From: Chamaesiphon sp.
Lineage (GTDB): Bacteria > Cyanobacteriota > Cyanobacteriia > Cyanobacteriales > Chamaesiphonaceae
DNA length: 64,000 nt
Reading direction: 5' to 3'
Assembly: GCA_965246715.1 (NCBI GenBank)
Contig: CBDFFH010000012.1
Coordinates: 1 to 64,000, forward strand
Shown here: positions 51,715 through 61,777 of the stretch, in pieces
Numbering within the stretch: the first letter of the stretch is position 1
How the letters are laid out: the number at the start of each line of letters is the position of its first letter
Made by a program: the position numbers and the translations under genes
The notes under the pieces: model-generated
The model's database searches: none
Told to the model about the DNA's origin: nothing
The model's input: only the letters and a program-made list of their open reading frames with translations

Positions 51715-52777
51715 AGTTAATGCGCTTGAGTGAGACTGGCACAAACCTTTGACCTGTAGGTGTCGGGATGCGGAGCGTAATGTTATCGCGATCGATACAA
51801 CTATAAGATAACTTGACTGGTGGTGCATCGCGATCTCCAAAAATGAGAAATAGTCGCTCGCCCGTCAGCTTGAGATTTGCACCAAGATTTAATTTATTAG
51901 TCAATCGTTGATAGCCTTGCGAATTAAACGTTAAAGTACTGTCCGAGTTACTTTGAAATCTCGCCGAGGCATTACCAGTCAAACCGACACCGATCCGATC
52001 GAGTTTCGCTCCCGTCTGTTTGACTCTTAAGGTATATCTTTGCTCGAAATCGAACGCTTCAAATGAGGCATTGCCATCACGGTTGAGGGTGACTTTTGCA
52101 TAACCGATCGTTTGCGGATCGGTAACTTTCGCCTGAGTAAAAGTTTGGATCGTTGGCAGCCAATAAGCACTTAAACTAGCAACTTGCCAAGTCCCGACAT
52201 AGCAATATGGCTCGCCAGTGGGCGGTGGTGGCGCATCGACAGTGGGGGCGGCGGATGGCTTGGGGATGGGCTGCGCCTGAGCCGTTAATTTATTAACAGA
52301 AGTGGGGCGGAGGACGAGCGTCGGCTTATTGGTAGGGCTGGGTTTGCCAGTGACAGTCAGGTCGTACTGTTGGCCGTTACTCGGATTGCTAGTAGTCAGG
52401 CAGAGCTGCGAGGCATCGCTGAGAATCGGGAAACTAAACCGCGATGTGCCAGGATTATCCCCATTACCAGACTGGGGATTGTTGACATCGTTGTGGAAAA
52501 ATCTTAAGGCTTTGGTTTTGTCATAGACGGCAAACTTCAGAATGCCCACGCCGTCAGTTTTGACATTTAGCGTAATCCGCGTGTTTGGTTTGACTGCTAA
52601 TTTATAACAGATTTCTCCCTGGGGATTGGTCGGCGACGACGATAGCTTACCAGAATAGGTTTTGCCTAATGTCATTGGCAACAGTGGTGTCGCATCGACA
52701 GCAATTGCCGCGATGGGACGAGCGACCAGAACGAACAGCGGCAAGATCCGCAGGAGAGATAATGGAAATTTAGGCAT
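51713..52777 (-). CDS. Hypothetical secreted two-domain protein with a Pro-rich linker
   Basis: Signal peptide and beta-rich domains with paired Cys. Confidence 0.7.
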   Translation of the reverse strand: MPKFPLSLLRILPLFVLVARPIAAIAVDATPLLPMTLGKTYSGKLSSSPTNPQGEICYKLAVKPNTRITLNVKTDGVGILKFAVYDKTKALRFFHNDVNNPQSGNGDNPGTSRFSFPILSDASQLCLTTSNPSNGQQYDLTVTGKPSPTNKPTLVLRPTSVNKLTAQAQPIPKPSAAPTVDAPPPPTGEPYCYVGTWQVASLSAYWLPTIQTFTQAKVTDPQTIGYAKVTLNRDGNASFEAFDFEQRYTLRVKQTGAKLDRIGVGLTGNASARFQSNSDSTLTFNSQGYQRLTNKLNLGANLKLTGERLFLIFGDRDAPPVKLSYSCIDRDNITLRIPTPTGQRFVPVSLKRIN

Positions 52778-52936
52778 AGATTGCACCCGATCGTAAGATT
52801 GAGTTCGCCAGCTTAGCTTTAAACCGAGCTGGAGTATAGACAAACAAGTCGATCGATTGCCAGCAACGACACGACCGCATAATTACATATTTCCCAATTT
52901 CAACTACAAACTAACCGCTAATTTACAAAAAATTTA

Positions 52937-53809
52937 CTATATCGGTTGACTCAGATCGCTCGCAGCCAATGAAATTTCCATGCCTTCCCATGCTACTACC
53001 GATCGGGGAAAGGCTTGCGATGCCGCAATCCCGATCTCATCCATAAAGCAATCATCATGACTGGGATCGTGATGAAAAATGACCAACTGCTTGACGTTAG
53101 CAGCTTGGGCGAGTTTGACCCCTTCTTGCCAGGTCGAATGACCCCAGCCGATCTTCGAAGTTTGGGGATCGTAATACTCTTCATCGGTGTAAGTAGAGTC
53201 ATAAATCAGTACGTCAGCACGATCTGCTAATGTCAAAACATTGCGATCGAGTTCGTCCTTAAAATGCTCGGTATCGGTAATATACGCTACTGCTCGATCC
53301 TGCCAACTTACCCGATAACCCATCGCTTTGCCGGGATGATTTAATAATCCCGTCTGGATGGTGACATCACCCAACTTTGTGCTGCTACCATATTCTAAAT
53401 TGTGAAACCGGAGATTGGCACCCATTACCTGTAACGGTACCGGAAAATTAGGCTGCATCATTTGCTCGCGCAGCCGTTGCTCGATTGTCATGCCATTGGG
53501 AATTACCCCACCATAAATATCAAACTCATTTCCTTCCATAAATGCTGGCGAAAAGAACGGAAAGCCCTGAATGTGATCCCAATGCGAATGCGAGAAAAAT
53601 AAATGACCGCTGACGGGCAGATAATCTAATAATGCTTGGCCTAAAACATGAATCCCCGTGCCCGCATCAAAAATCAAGCGATGACCCCCCACTAACATTT
53701 CCACACAGGGCGTATTGCCACCGTATCTTACGGTAGCGGCTCCCGGACAGGCAATACTACCGCGTACCCCCCAGAAATGAATTTTGAATTGGTCTGCCAG
53801 TATGGACAT
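52937..53809 (-). CDS. MBL-fold metallo-hydrolase
   Basis: WGVRGS, HSHWDHIQG, GHS and HHDP motifs. Confidence 0.9.
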   Translation of the reverse strand: MSILADQFKIHFWGVRGSIACPGAATVRYGGNTPCVEMLVGGHRLIFDAGTGIHVLGQALLDYLPVSGHLFFSHSHWDHIQGFPFFSPAFMEGNEFDIYGGVIPNGMTIEQRLREQMMQPNFPVPLQVMGANLRFHNLEYGSSTKLGDVTIQTGLLNHPGKAMGYRVSWQDRAVAYITDTEHFKDELDRNVLTLADRADVLIYDSTYTDEEYYDPQTSKIGWGHSTWQEGVKLAQAANVKQLVIFHHDPSHDDCFMDEIGIAASQAFPRSVVAWEGMEISLAASDLSQPI

Positions 53810-54076
53810 GGATGAAAAGATGAATAATTTCTGATGGGACGGTTTGACGTTCGTCAGTCAGGACTTAGGCCGATACTGTTTAGTGATGCGCTCGCAACAT
53901 TTTAGCCAAGGCGCCACTCTACTCGATCGAGATGGTAGTTTGGGTGCGGGGTTACTTCATCAAGCTGTGACAGCCAGAGCGCTAATTATGTGTCACCACA
54001 CGCGCAATCTCTGCAGTATCAGTTATTATGCCCAAAAAATAAACAGCGATCGTGAGTCATTCCACGCCAATTGCAA

Positions 54077-55423
54077 TTAGAGCGTGTAGGTAAAATCCTC
54101 AATCAGCAAGCCAGGTACCCAACTACCACCTAATTGCCGACTGCCATAGGTATCGACATCGGCAATAAATTCGAGCCAGGTTGTGAGTGCGGTCAGATTT
54201 TCTCCCCAGCAACGGTAGAGACTTTCATCAAAGCGTAAATTGGCGATCGGTGCAACGATCTCACCCCGTTCGACCCAGAAACAGGCATAGCGAGTCATCC
54301 CCGTTACCCGACCAGTCGGCCGATCGCTCCAATTGAGATAATGTAAATTGGATAAATACAATCCGGTATCCAAACTCGCCAAAATTCGATCGGTCGTCAG
54401 CTCGCCAGCCGCAATTTCTGCCGAGCGCAATGATTCGCTGCGATTTGCACCATTAGCTGGCTTTTGATACTCTTTAGCCGTGCGGGCATTAACCAGTGTA
54501 TTCGCCAAGCGACCGCGATCGATTAACGTGAGATTAGCTGGCGCGATTTCCCCCAGTTCGTTAAATCGCGGTACCAATCCCCGTTGGAAATTTTCCGAGA
54601 TCGTTAATTTAGGCGATAGTTGCTGCTCGCCGCGTTGCAGTGCCCCAAAACAGCTCCGCCCTTGCTGCAATGCTGCCTCGCTAATCCCCCCCCACGACAA
54701 CATCCCTAACAAGTCAGCAGTTGCCGCTGGAGCCAGATAGGTACGATATTTGCCCCGCTCGATCGTCTTGAGGGGTTGTGCCAATCGCGTCAGTTGCGTT
54801 TTGGACTCAGCGATTTTGGCTTGATAAGCATCCCGATCCCAGTGACTGCCAGCGAGCGTCCCTTTCACTGCTTGTCCGGTACTCGTAAATAGCGAATAAT
54901 CCAGGGTATAAGAATCAGTCGCAAACCAGTGTTTTTGACCGCTACTATCGGCATAGCCGCGCATCATCATCCCCGCTGCATACAAACCAGTAAAATCTAG
55001 TCCATGAACTATCGGTAATAGTGCACCAACAACCTCCGCATCTGGCAATAATTCCCCGCCATGAATTTCTCGGCTGGTAGCAGTTCCAGTCGGTAGTACT
55101 AGATAAGGATCGATCGGCAACTGTGGCACTTCTGCACGCAATGATGTCAACGCCGCGAATGCTTGTGGCAGGTCGAGATCGACATCGCCAGTAAAGGGAA
55201 ATTCGATCGAACTACTCCGCTGCTGCGCGATCAGTTTCAACTGCAGGCTGCCATCGCGCACGATCCCAGTCTGGCGGACTTTGGCATGATTGAACCGCGT
55301 AAACTGACTGACTTCTCCCTGTAGCCGGAGAGTAAATTGCTCGTCAGAGTGTAAACTCTGGAGCAAGCCAGCCAACACTCGATCGAAACTAGCTTCGATA
55401 TGGTCGATCGCGGAATTTAACAT
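54077..55423 (-). CDS. TldE/PmbA family protein
   Basis: TRFN, TGMTR and NLRFDES motifs; no HExxxH. Confidence 0.85.
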   Translation of the reverse strand: MLNSAIDHIEASFDRVLAGLLQSLHSDEQFTLRLQGEVSQFTRFNHAKVRQTGIVRDGSLQLKLIAQQRSSSIEFPFTGDVDLDLPQAFAALTSLRAEVPQLPIDPYLVLPTGTATSREIHGGELLPDAEVVGALLPIVHGLDFTGLYAAGMMMRGYADSSGQKHWFATDSYTLDYSLFTSTGQAVKGTLAGSHWDRDAYQAKIAESKTQLTRLAQPLKTIERGKYRTYLAPAATADLLGMLSWGGISEAALQQGRSCFGALQRGEQQLSPKLTISENFQRGLVPRFNELGEIAPANLTLIDRGRLANTLVNARTAKEYQKPANGANRSESLRSAEIAAGELTTDRILASLDTGLYLSNLHYLNWSDRPTGRVTGMTRYACFWVERGEIVAPIANLRFDESLYRCWGENLTALTTWLEFIADVDTYGSRQLGGSWVPGLLIEDFTYTL

Positions 55424-55704
55424 GAAATTGATGAAGATCGGACGCAGTGACTACCAGCAGCAAATTAGCTACCTACCCATTAGTTTACAATAGTTCACTG
55501 TTTGTTAATTATATCTATCAATACTCAGAAGCTACTCTCAATCTTATCAACATTGTTTGCAATTGCTAGACACGCAGAATTTAGGTGATAAATTAATAGA
55601 TAGGAAGCAATAGAGCTTCGCTCGATAGATCGTTACAGTTCAGTCTAGATCTTAATCTAAGAGGAAAGAAAAATCTGTTTTCAATTACTTTCTGTACATC
55701 TGTC

Positions 55705-55870
55705 TCATCTCAACTGCAAAAGCAACACCAATACCCAGCCTAAATATCTCTAATCCTGTCAATTCGGGAGCCATCCACTACAAGGCTAGTGCAACTCCAC
55801 ATTTTGTCACTAAGAGTAAAGAGATCCCTTAACGGTTGCCATCGAGGTGTTGCTTTTGCTATGTAAGTAG
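55705..55870 (-). ncRNA. ssaA: Probable 6S RNA
   Basis: 14-bp closing stem GCAAAAGCAACACC/GGTGTTGCTTTTGC (55715-55859) with further internal pairing, in an ORF-free gap; resembles cyanobacterial 6S from memory; ends and strand approximate. Confidence 0.7.
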
Positions 55871-56007
55871 ATTGCAATAGAGCTAGATCGAGTTAAGATC
55901 GGTAAGATATTTCGATCGCCAACAGTAATTGATGTAAAAAGTTTCAAGTATTAATTTTGGGACACTGGCTGGTCTAATTTCATAATTTATAATTCATAAT
56001 TCACCCG

Positions 56008-56979
56008 ATGTCTGTAATTTGTTTGGGAGAAACTCTCATCGATCTGTTGGCAAATCAACTCGGGCTGCCACTTGCCGCAGTAACTAGCTGGACACCTTAT
56101 CCTGGCGGCGCACCGACGAATGTTGCTTGTGGCTTGGTAAAATTAGGCACGCCTACTGCTTTAATCGGTTGTTTGGGTAGTGATGCGGTCGGTACGAATT
56201 TAACAAGATTATTGACTGAGATCGGTGTCGATCTGACTGGATTAGAACAGCACCCAACCGCACCAACCAGACAAATATATGTGACGAGATCGATCGATGG
56301 CGATCGCACTTTTGCTGGATTTATTGATGATATCCCCACCGAGCTATTTGCCGATGCCCTCTTAAATGCCGATCGGATTGCCGAATCATTGTTTATTAAC
56401 GCGAAGTTACTGGCGATCGGGACGATTAGTTTAGCTTATCCAGCAAGCTATCAAGCTACTTATCGAGCCTTAGAATTAGCGCGTAAATATCAGCTGCAAG
56501 TATTTGTCGATGTCAATTGGCGATCGATGTTTTGGGACGATTTCGATCGCGCTAAATTTGAAATTTATGATGTTTTAGATCGGGCTGATTTTATCAAGAT
56601 GTCCGATGAAGAAGCACAATGGTTGTATGGATCGATCGAACCACGGATAATTCGCGATCGACTGCCAAATTGTCAAGGGATTTTTATTACGGCTGGAGCT
56701 AAGGGCTGCGATTATTTATTGGCCGATCGATCGGGTTTTATCCCCTCTTTCGATGTACCGGCGATCGATACAACTGGTGCAGGGGACAGTTTTGTAGCAG
56801 CTTGTATCGATCGATTAGTCAGACTCGGGCGCGAGGGCGTTCAAAGTGCCGAGACAGCAGCTAATTTAGTTAAATATGCCTCTGCCGCCGGAGCTTTAAC
56901 AACCCTCGCCCCAGGTGCGATCGATGCGCAACCTACACCTGCAGAAGTAGTAAAATTTCTAGCAGCAAATATTACTTGA
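56008..56979 (+). CDS. PfkB family carbohydrate kinase (fructokinase-like)
   Basis: GGAPTNVA, DVNWR and DTTGAGDSF motifs. Confidence 0.92.
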   Translation: MSVICLGETLIDLLANQLGLPLAAVTSWTPYPGGAPTNVACGLVKLGTPTALIGCLGSDAVGTNLTRLLTEIGVDLTGLEQHPTAPTRQIYVTRSIDGDRTFAGFIDDIPTELFADALLNADRIAESLFINAKLLAIGTISLAYPASYQATYRALELARKYQLQVFVDVNWRSMFWDDFDRAKFEIYDVLDRADFIKMSDEEAQWLYGSIEPRIIRDRLPNCQGIFITAGAKGCDYLLADRSGFIPSFDVPAIDTTGAGDSFVAACIDRLVRLGREGVQSAETAANLVKYASAAGALTTLAPGAIDAQPTPAEVVKFLAANIT

Positions 56980-57152
56980 GATAGACATATCCCCGATTGT
57001 CTTGTCGAAATTGGATGACGCGGAAATCTTCCCACATTGCGTCTCTTCTTCGAGAAATTCGTAAGATGCCCAGACCGATCTAATAGTTATTAGCTTCAAG
57101 AAAAAAAGCGATTTAACATGGAGCGAACCGCAGCAAAAAAGTAAATTTATAT

Positions 57153-57551
57153 TTATCGATCGCTGTTAAAATTATTAATCTCGCAACTAGCTAAAGGCTT
57201 GCCATTAATAAAATGACTGTCAACAATTGCTGGAATATCGGTAGGTTTGAGCTGGCAGTATAAATAACGACTGGGAAAAAACTTGCGGCGAATTTTTAGC
57301 CGGAAATCGATCGGGAGCCAGCGCAGATCGACGAGATGCGGTTGATATACTAGTGCTACAGCACCAGCAGCACAATGATTTAGGCAACCCGACTGGCGAA
57401 CTTCAACGCGATCGGTTAATTGTCGAGCGGTAATTTCAGCTTGCAAGGCATGATAAATCTCGATCGCGCCGACACTCCCACAACAGCCCTGGGGCGCAGC
57501 GACAGTCGGCTGCTTGGTACAAACAAAAACACAATATTTGGTTGAATTCAT
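57153..57551 (-). CDS. Thioredoxin-like [2Fe-2S] ferredoxin
   Basis: VFVC...GCC...SGCLNHC...IVDSHFINGKP. Confidence 0.8.
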   Translation of the reverse strand: MNSTKYCVFVCTKQPTVAAPQGCCGSVGAIEIYHALQAEITARQLTDRVEVRQSGCLNHCAAGAVALVYQPHLVDLRWLPIDFRLKIRRKFFPSRYLYCQLKPTDIPAIVDSHFINGKPLASCEINNFNSDR

Positions 57552-57628
57552 GGATTTTGACAACCTTAGGAATGATGGCAATCGTTTGGATGAGTGTTGA
57601 CCTCGAACCGCTACTATCTATCCTACTG

Positions 57629-57888
57629 CTAGAAAACGTTTCCACAATGGAGAAGATCGGTGATATCCATCGTCGGACGTGACTCCGAAATATTCCACAC
57701 TCGCAGCATTAGTCCTCCCTTGAGCACGAACTGTCTGGCATAGGGAGATTGTGACAAGCGGTACAAGAACCGTTCCATCCCATAGTACTGAAGGAGTTCG
57801 TTAAACGGACGGCGATGCAAGCTTTGGCTTGATTCAGGAGCCGTTGCCGCACTGAAGCTGCAATATTCTTCATCGGTTGCTCGGTCAT
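57629..57888 (-). pseudogene. AbiEii-type nucleotidyltransferase toxin, frameshifted and truncated
   Basis: AASVRQRLLN.../ERFLYRLS...FVLKGG...RPTMDI, then the similarity stops. Confidence 0.8.
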
Positions 57889-58022
57889 AGCATCACTTCT
57901 AGGTAAGGTTTAATTACCGTTCCCACGCGGCAAATTTGGGCATATTCTAAAATCAGCGCAAAGTTAGCCCGTTTCCGCTCCTTGTAGAGTTCTAAAGCCT
58001 CCAAAAACACATCCATCCCGAT
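57885..58022 (-). pseudogene. C-terminal remnant of an AbiEi-type antitoxin
   Basis: GMDVFLEALELY...YAQICRV...KPYLE; stop overlaps the toxin start (ATGA). Confidence 0.65.
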
Positions 58023-58079
58023 TTAAAGCTTTCTTCCAATCTCTGATAAAACTTTTACTTACGCCTAATATTTGGGTTA

Positions 58080-58195
58080 TTATTCGATAATAAATGAAAC
58101 ACTTGACCGTGCATCTCTAGGTAAATGTTTGAGGATTTGAGCTTCTACATCCATTACTCTAACTCCTTTTCAGGGATTTTTAACGGGTCTCATGG
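58080..58195 (-). pseudogene. Probable IS701-family transposase 5' remnant
   Basis: AAGGAG ribosome-binding site, then MDVEAQILKHLPRDARS, resembling cyanobacterial IS701 N-termini (recollection). Confidence 0.45.
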
Positions 58196-58426
58196 GTATT
58201 TGGTGATAAGCGTTACTTGTATTAAGTCGTGTAACGCTTTCAAGACCGATCGCTGCCGAAAACCGTAGCCTAAGATACATTTTCTACCACAAACCCAGGA
58301 GAGCCGGTGAATCAAATTGGTCGCGCAGTTCGGTCATCAGTGTCATAAGTAGAGATGGCTGTAATAACTTTACCATCGCTGGTGAAAGGAGCGATCGACA
58401 GCAATTAAATTATACTCGATCGATAT

Positions 58427-58660
58427 TTAAGTTTGAGCACCAACGCGACCATCTTTATGCTGGCATTCACAGGTCGATCCAGTTTCGCTCGGCCAAGCAG
58501 ACCAGCGCATCAGGTCTTTTTGAAACCGAATATGGTCGTAAACTTGCGTGACAGCAGCATCGATCGTAATTTCTTCTCTGTACTTAACAAACTTGGGAGT
58601 AAGAAAAACAACAACTGCGATCGCCACCGCAATGACTAGGGTAATGGTTAATAACTCCAT
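58427..58660 (-). pseudogene. Truncated SRPBCC family protein
   Basis: TM helix, then EITIDA...VY...WSAW...DGRVGA; ends prematurely. Confidence 0.6.
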
Positions 58661-58715
58661 GACTGATTCCTTAAATGATGAGTTGCATAACAAATCTCGT
58701 TCATCTAGAATATAG

Positions 58716-59060
58716 GTGAATGATTTACGCTGCCTCAATTTGCTCGAACATGGTTCGATTACTCCGACTTATATTGCCACAGCTCTGGACTTGACCAGTG
58801 GTAGTGTTACGGCACCGATCGATCGTCTGGAAACAAAAGGAGTAGTCGAGCGGATGCGCGATCCAAATGACAGCCGCAGCATCTTTGTCGCTGCGACTCC
58901 CAAAGTATTTCAAAATCTTGGCGCAATCTACGGTTTATTTGCTAGCGAGCTACGCCTTACCATTTGTAATTACTCAGACACCGATCGAGCTTTCGCAATT
59001 CGGCACGTACTAGATTTGACTCAAACCTGTTTGAATGTGGTCGATCGGATCGAAGGATAA
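58716..59060 (+). pseudogene. MarR family regulator, apparently N-truncated
   Basis: DLRCLNLL...LTSGSVT..IDRLE..G...DPNDSRS winged helix-turn-helix. Confidence 0.65.
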
Positions 59061-59410
59061 AATTTACCACAATTATTTACTAGTAAATTAATTTGAGATC
59101 GATCTGCTTGAGTTATGGGTGATAGCGGGGCGGAATTCTTGAGTATCGATCGATAGGTGGTTAGTTATAATTTGAAGTATGACATGGCGATTGAGTGCGA
59201 AAGGGCAAATTTACTCGGCTCTGTGTTGGCGATCTCTATTAGAAATTTATCATCGGATTGCGATGTCGGCTTTGAATCTGCACCAAAAAATACTTGTTTT
59301 TCAGTGCAATTGCTAATTATATCGATCAACCCGATCTCACCACGATTGGCACGCCACCGCCCGATTCGATTCACTGCCAGATCCCATACAATCTCCGAAA
59401 TCCTGGAGAT

Positions 59411-60802
59411 TTAGTGGATGGGGTGGTGAGAAGTAATGCTCAGACTCGTACTTAATACCCGCAAAAGAATACGCGGGTGAAATAGACTCCTGGGAGGAGC
59501 GATAAGATTGGCTACCCTAAAAAATTCCGCACAGACAATGCGATCGCGCAGAGTTGCCCGATGAACTAGTGCTATATATCGATTAATTAAATCGATGCCA
59601 AAAGGTTTTGGTCCGGTTGTTTGGGGAAAGCGAAAATCTTCGCCCACGGCTAGCTGCCAAGGAATATCGATAAATTTAGCAATCCGTCGGAAAAAAGTCC
59701 GCGCCAATCGCTCTGGGGGTAAATTTTCTGCCAACAGTCGATCGAGTTCTACTGCTTCTAGCGCTGCTACCGTCATGCCCTGTCCGTAGGTGGGGTTAAA
59801 ACTACAGGCAGCATCGCCCACAACTAGATAGCCTGCGGGAAATTGACTTAGGCGTTCGTAGTGCCGTCGCATGCTAAAGGGAAACTTAAAGGGGATAATA
59901 TCTGAAAGCGGTTCGGACTGACCGATCAGATCGTAGATATCCGAAGCTGGGAGGCTATGGGCAAATTCGAGAAAATCATTTTCATCGGTTGGGGCGCTAT
60001 CGCTATGCCAACCACCTAGCACTACCATCCACCGATCTCCTTCGATCGGCACTATGCCACCAAAATGATGTTCCTGCGGTGCTTCAGGCGTACAAAAGAA
60101 CAACGTTTGGCTGCTGGGATCGTTTGGATTGCGGCGGTACAGGCGCGTGGAATAGCCCACATTTACCTCTACCTTACTTTCTGGGGGCGATTCGTAGCCC
60201 AAATCTTTCAACCACTGCGGCGTGTGCGAGTTCCGCCCAGTTGCATCGACTACCAGATCGGCTGTCAGGGACACAGTAACAGGTTCGGATTGGTATTGTG
60301 CGATTATTACCCCGATGACGCGTTCGCAAAGCGTCTTCTTTGCAGAATCGCCTTCGGATGTAGTTACCAATTGTTTGACAGTAGCTCGATCGATTAGTTC
60401 GACTTGAGGTAATGCGAGCACGCGCTGGCGGAGGAGATATTCTAAGAGGGGACGACTCATGCTCGCTCCACGCAAACTACTAGCAAATCTCTGGCGATAA
60501 CCTCCATATGTATACCAGTGCAGATCCTCGATGAGATCGATCGACACTGCCCCATTATCAGCTAGAGCTTGGGGTAGGTCAGGGAAGTAATCGGTCATAA
60601 TTTTTAGCCCCGTAGCTAGTAGCAAGTGTAAATGACGGGTTTGGGGCTGTCCGGGACGCGATTCGGGTTGGTGGTTGACTCGATCCTTTTCAATTATGGT
60701 TACGCGATCGAAGTACTTACTCAATACGCAGGCGGTTAACAATCCACCCATACTACCGCCCAAGACAATAGCGTGCTGACGATTGGCTGTGACTAGAGAC
60801 AT
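59411..60802 (-). CDS. FAD-dependent oxidoreductase/monooxygenase
   Basis: GGSMGG, DATGR and GDAACSFNPTYGQGM motifs. Confidence 0.9.
   Translation of the reverse strand: MSLVTANRQHAIVLGGSMGGLLTACVLSKYFDRVTIIEKDRVNHQPESRPGQPQTRHLHLLLATGLKIMTDYFPDLPQALADNGAVSIDLIEDLHWYTYGGYRQRFASSLRGASMSRPLLEYLLRQRVLALPQVELIDRATVKQLVTTSEGDSAKKTLCERVIGVIIAQYQSEPVTVSLTADLVVDATGRNSHTPQWLKDLGYESPPESKVEVNVGYSTRLYRRNPNDPSSQTLFFCTPEAPQEHHFGGIVPIEGDRWMVVLGGWHSDSAPTDENDFLEFAHSLPASDIYDLIGQSEPLSDIIPFKFPFSMRRHYERLSQFPAGYLVVGDAACSFNPTYGQGMTVAALEAVELDRLLAENLPPERLARTFFRRIAKFIDIPWQLAVGEDFRFPQTTGPKPFGIDLINRYIALVHRATLRDRIVCAEFFRVANLIAPPRSLFHPRILLRVLSTSLSITSHHPIH
60323..60346. repeat. 24-nt small dispersed repeat inserted in-frame in a HIP1 site
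   Basis: GCG[TTCGCAAAGCGTCTTCTTTGCAGA]ATCGC. Confidence 0.75.
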
Positions 60803-60913
60803 AGAACACCTTCCAGATCGAATAAAATTGCTATAGATCGTCTACTTACTGTTCGACTATTCCATCGAGATTCAGCAACGCCCAATTTTACTAGTAACTC
60901 GATTTACGCCAAG

Positions 60914-61303
60914 CTAGCTTGGTTCGGATTTCCATTGGCAAGCTGCTGTAATTTGCCCTGGTAAGATTAGACAATCGAATGGTTTCAAGATTGTTTCCAC
61001 CACCCCTTGTTTGAATAGCCATTCTCGATTTAGTCGCGAAGCGAGTGCCGAGAGAATGATGACTGGAATAGTTTGTGTAGATCGATCGGCTTGAAGCTGC
61101 CGCAATACTTCCATTCCATCCATTTGTGGCATAGATAGATCGAGCACGATCGCATCTGGATGCTCTTGAACTGCTTTATCCAATCCTTCTTTACCCGATC
61201 CTGCTTCGATCGCATCGAATTTGCCCAGTTCGCACAAACAAATACAGACAATTTCCCTAACATAAGGGTCGTCGTCGATAACTAGAATGCGTTTATTCGA
61301 CAC
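60914..61303 (-). CDS. Single-domain response regulator
   Basis: ILVIDDD, VLDLSMP and KPF motifs; GTG start. Confidence 0.9.
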   Translation of the reverse strand: MSNKRILVIDDDPYVREIVCICLCELGKFDAIEAGSGKEGLDKAVQEHPDAIVLDLSMPQMDGMEVLRQLQADRSTQTIPVIILSALASRLNREWLFKQGVVETILKPFDCLILPGQITAACQWKSEPS

Positions 61304-61777
61304 CTCTTTTCCTCACAACCGACAAGAATAACTTAAAAATAAATAATCAGTTATCTATTTCTACTTTTATTTTGAATCAAGAGTGTGAGGAAGTTGTGAG
61401 GGGTTAAATTTATAAGTAGAAAATAGTTCAACTAAATAATTATTTTATAATTCGATCGACTCTGAAGTACACCAGACCTGGCAGTTGGATCTGTTCTAAT
61501 CGAGCCTAGTGAATTATACTCAACTACTGATATTACTTTGATTCGATCCGGCGATCGGTATTTGACCAGATCGATCGATACAATAATTTATATTTCGATA
61601 AGTTTGAATAACAAGACATTCGCGTCAGTAAATCTGCTGGAATTTTGGGGTCGCTAGACACCGAATCGAGAAACCCGTAAACTACTTATATCAGACAGAT
61701 TCAATCTATTTAATCTTTCGATCGAGCCGGAGAATTTACAGGACTTTTAAAGATCGCCCTTCATTCCCAAGTCATGT

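Noticed and set aside
58200..58290. GYGFRQRS resembling a group II intron reverse transcriptase motif
   Set aside because: Too short, with no other RT motifs or intron domain V visible.
59075..60898. TTACTAGTAA palindromes on both sides of the FAD oxidoreductase as element ends or operators
   Set aside because: Only 10 bp and AT-rich, with no target duplication; could be chance.
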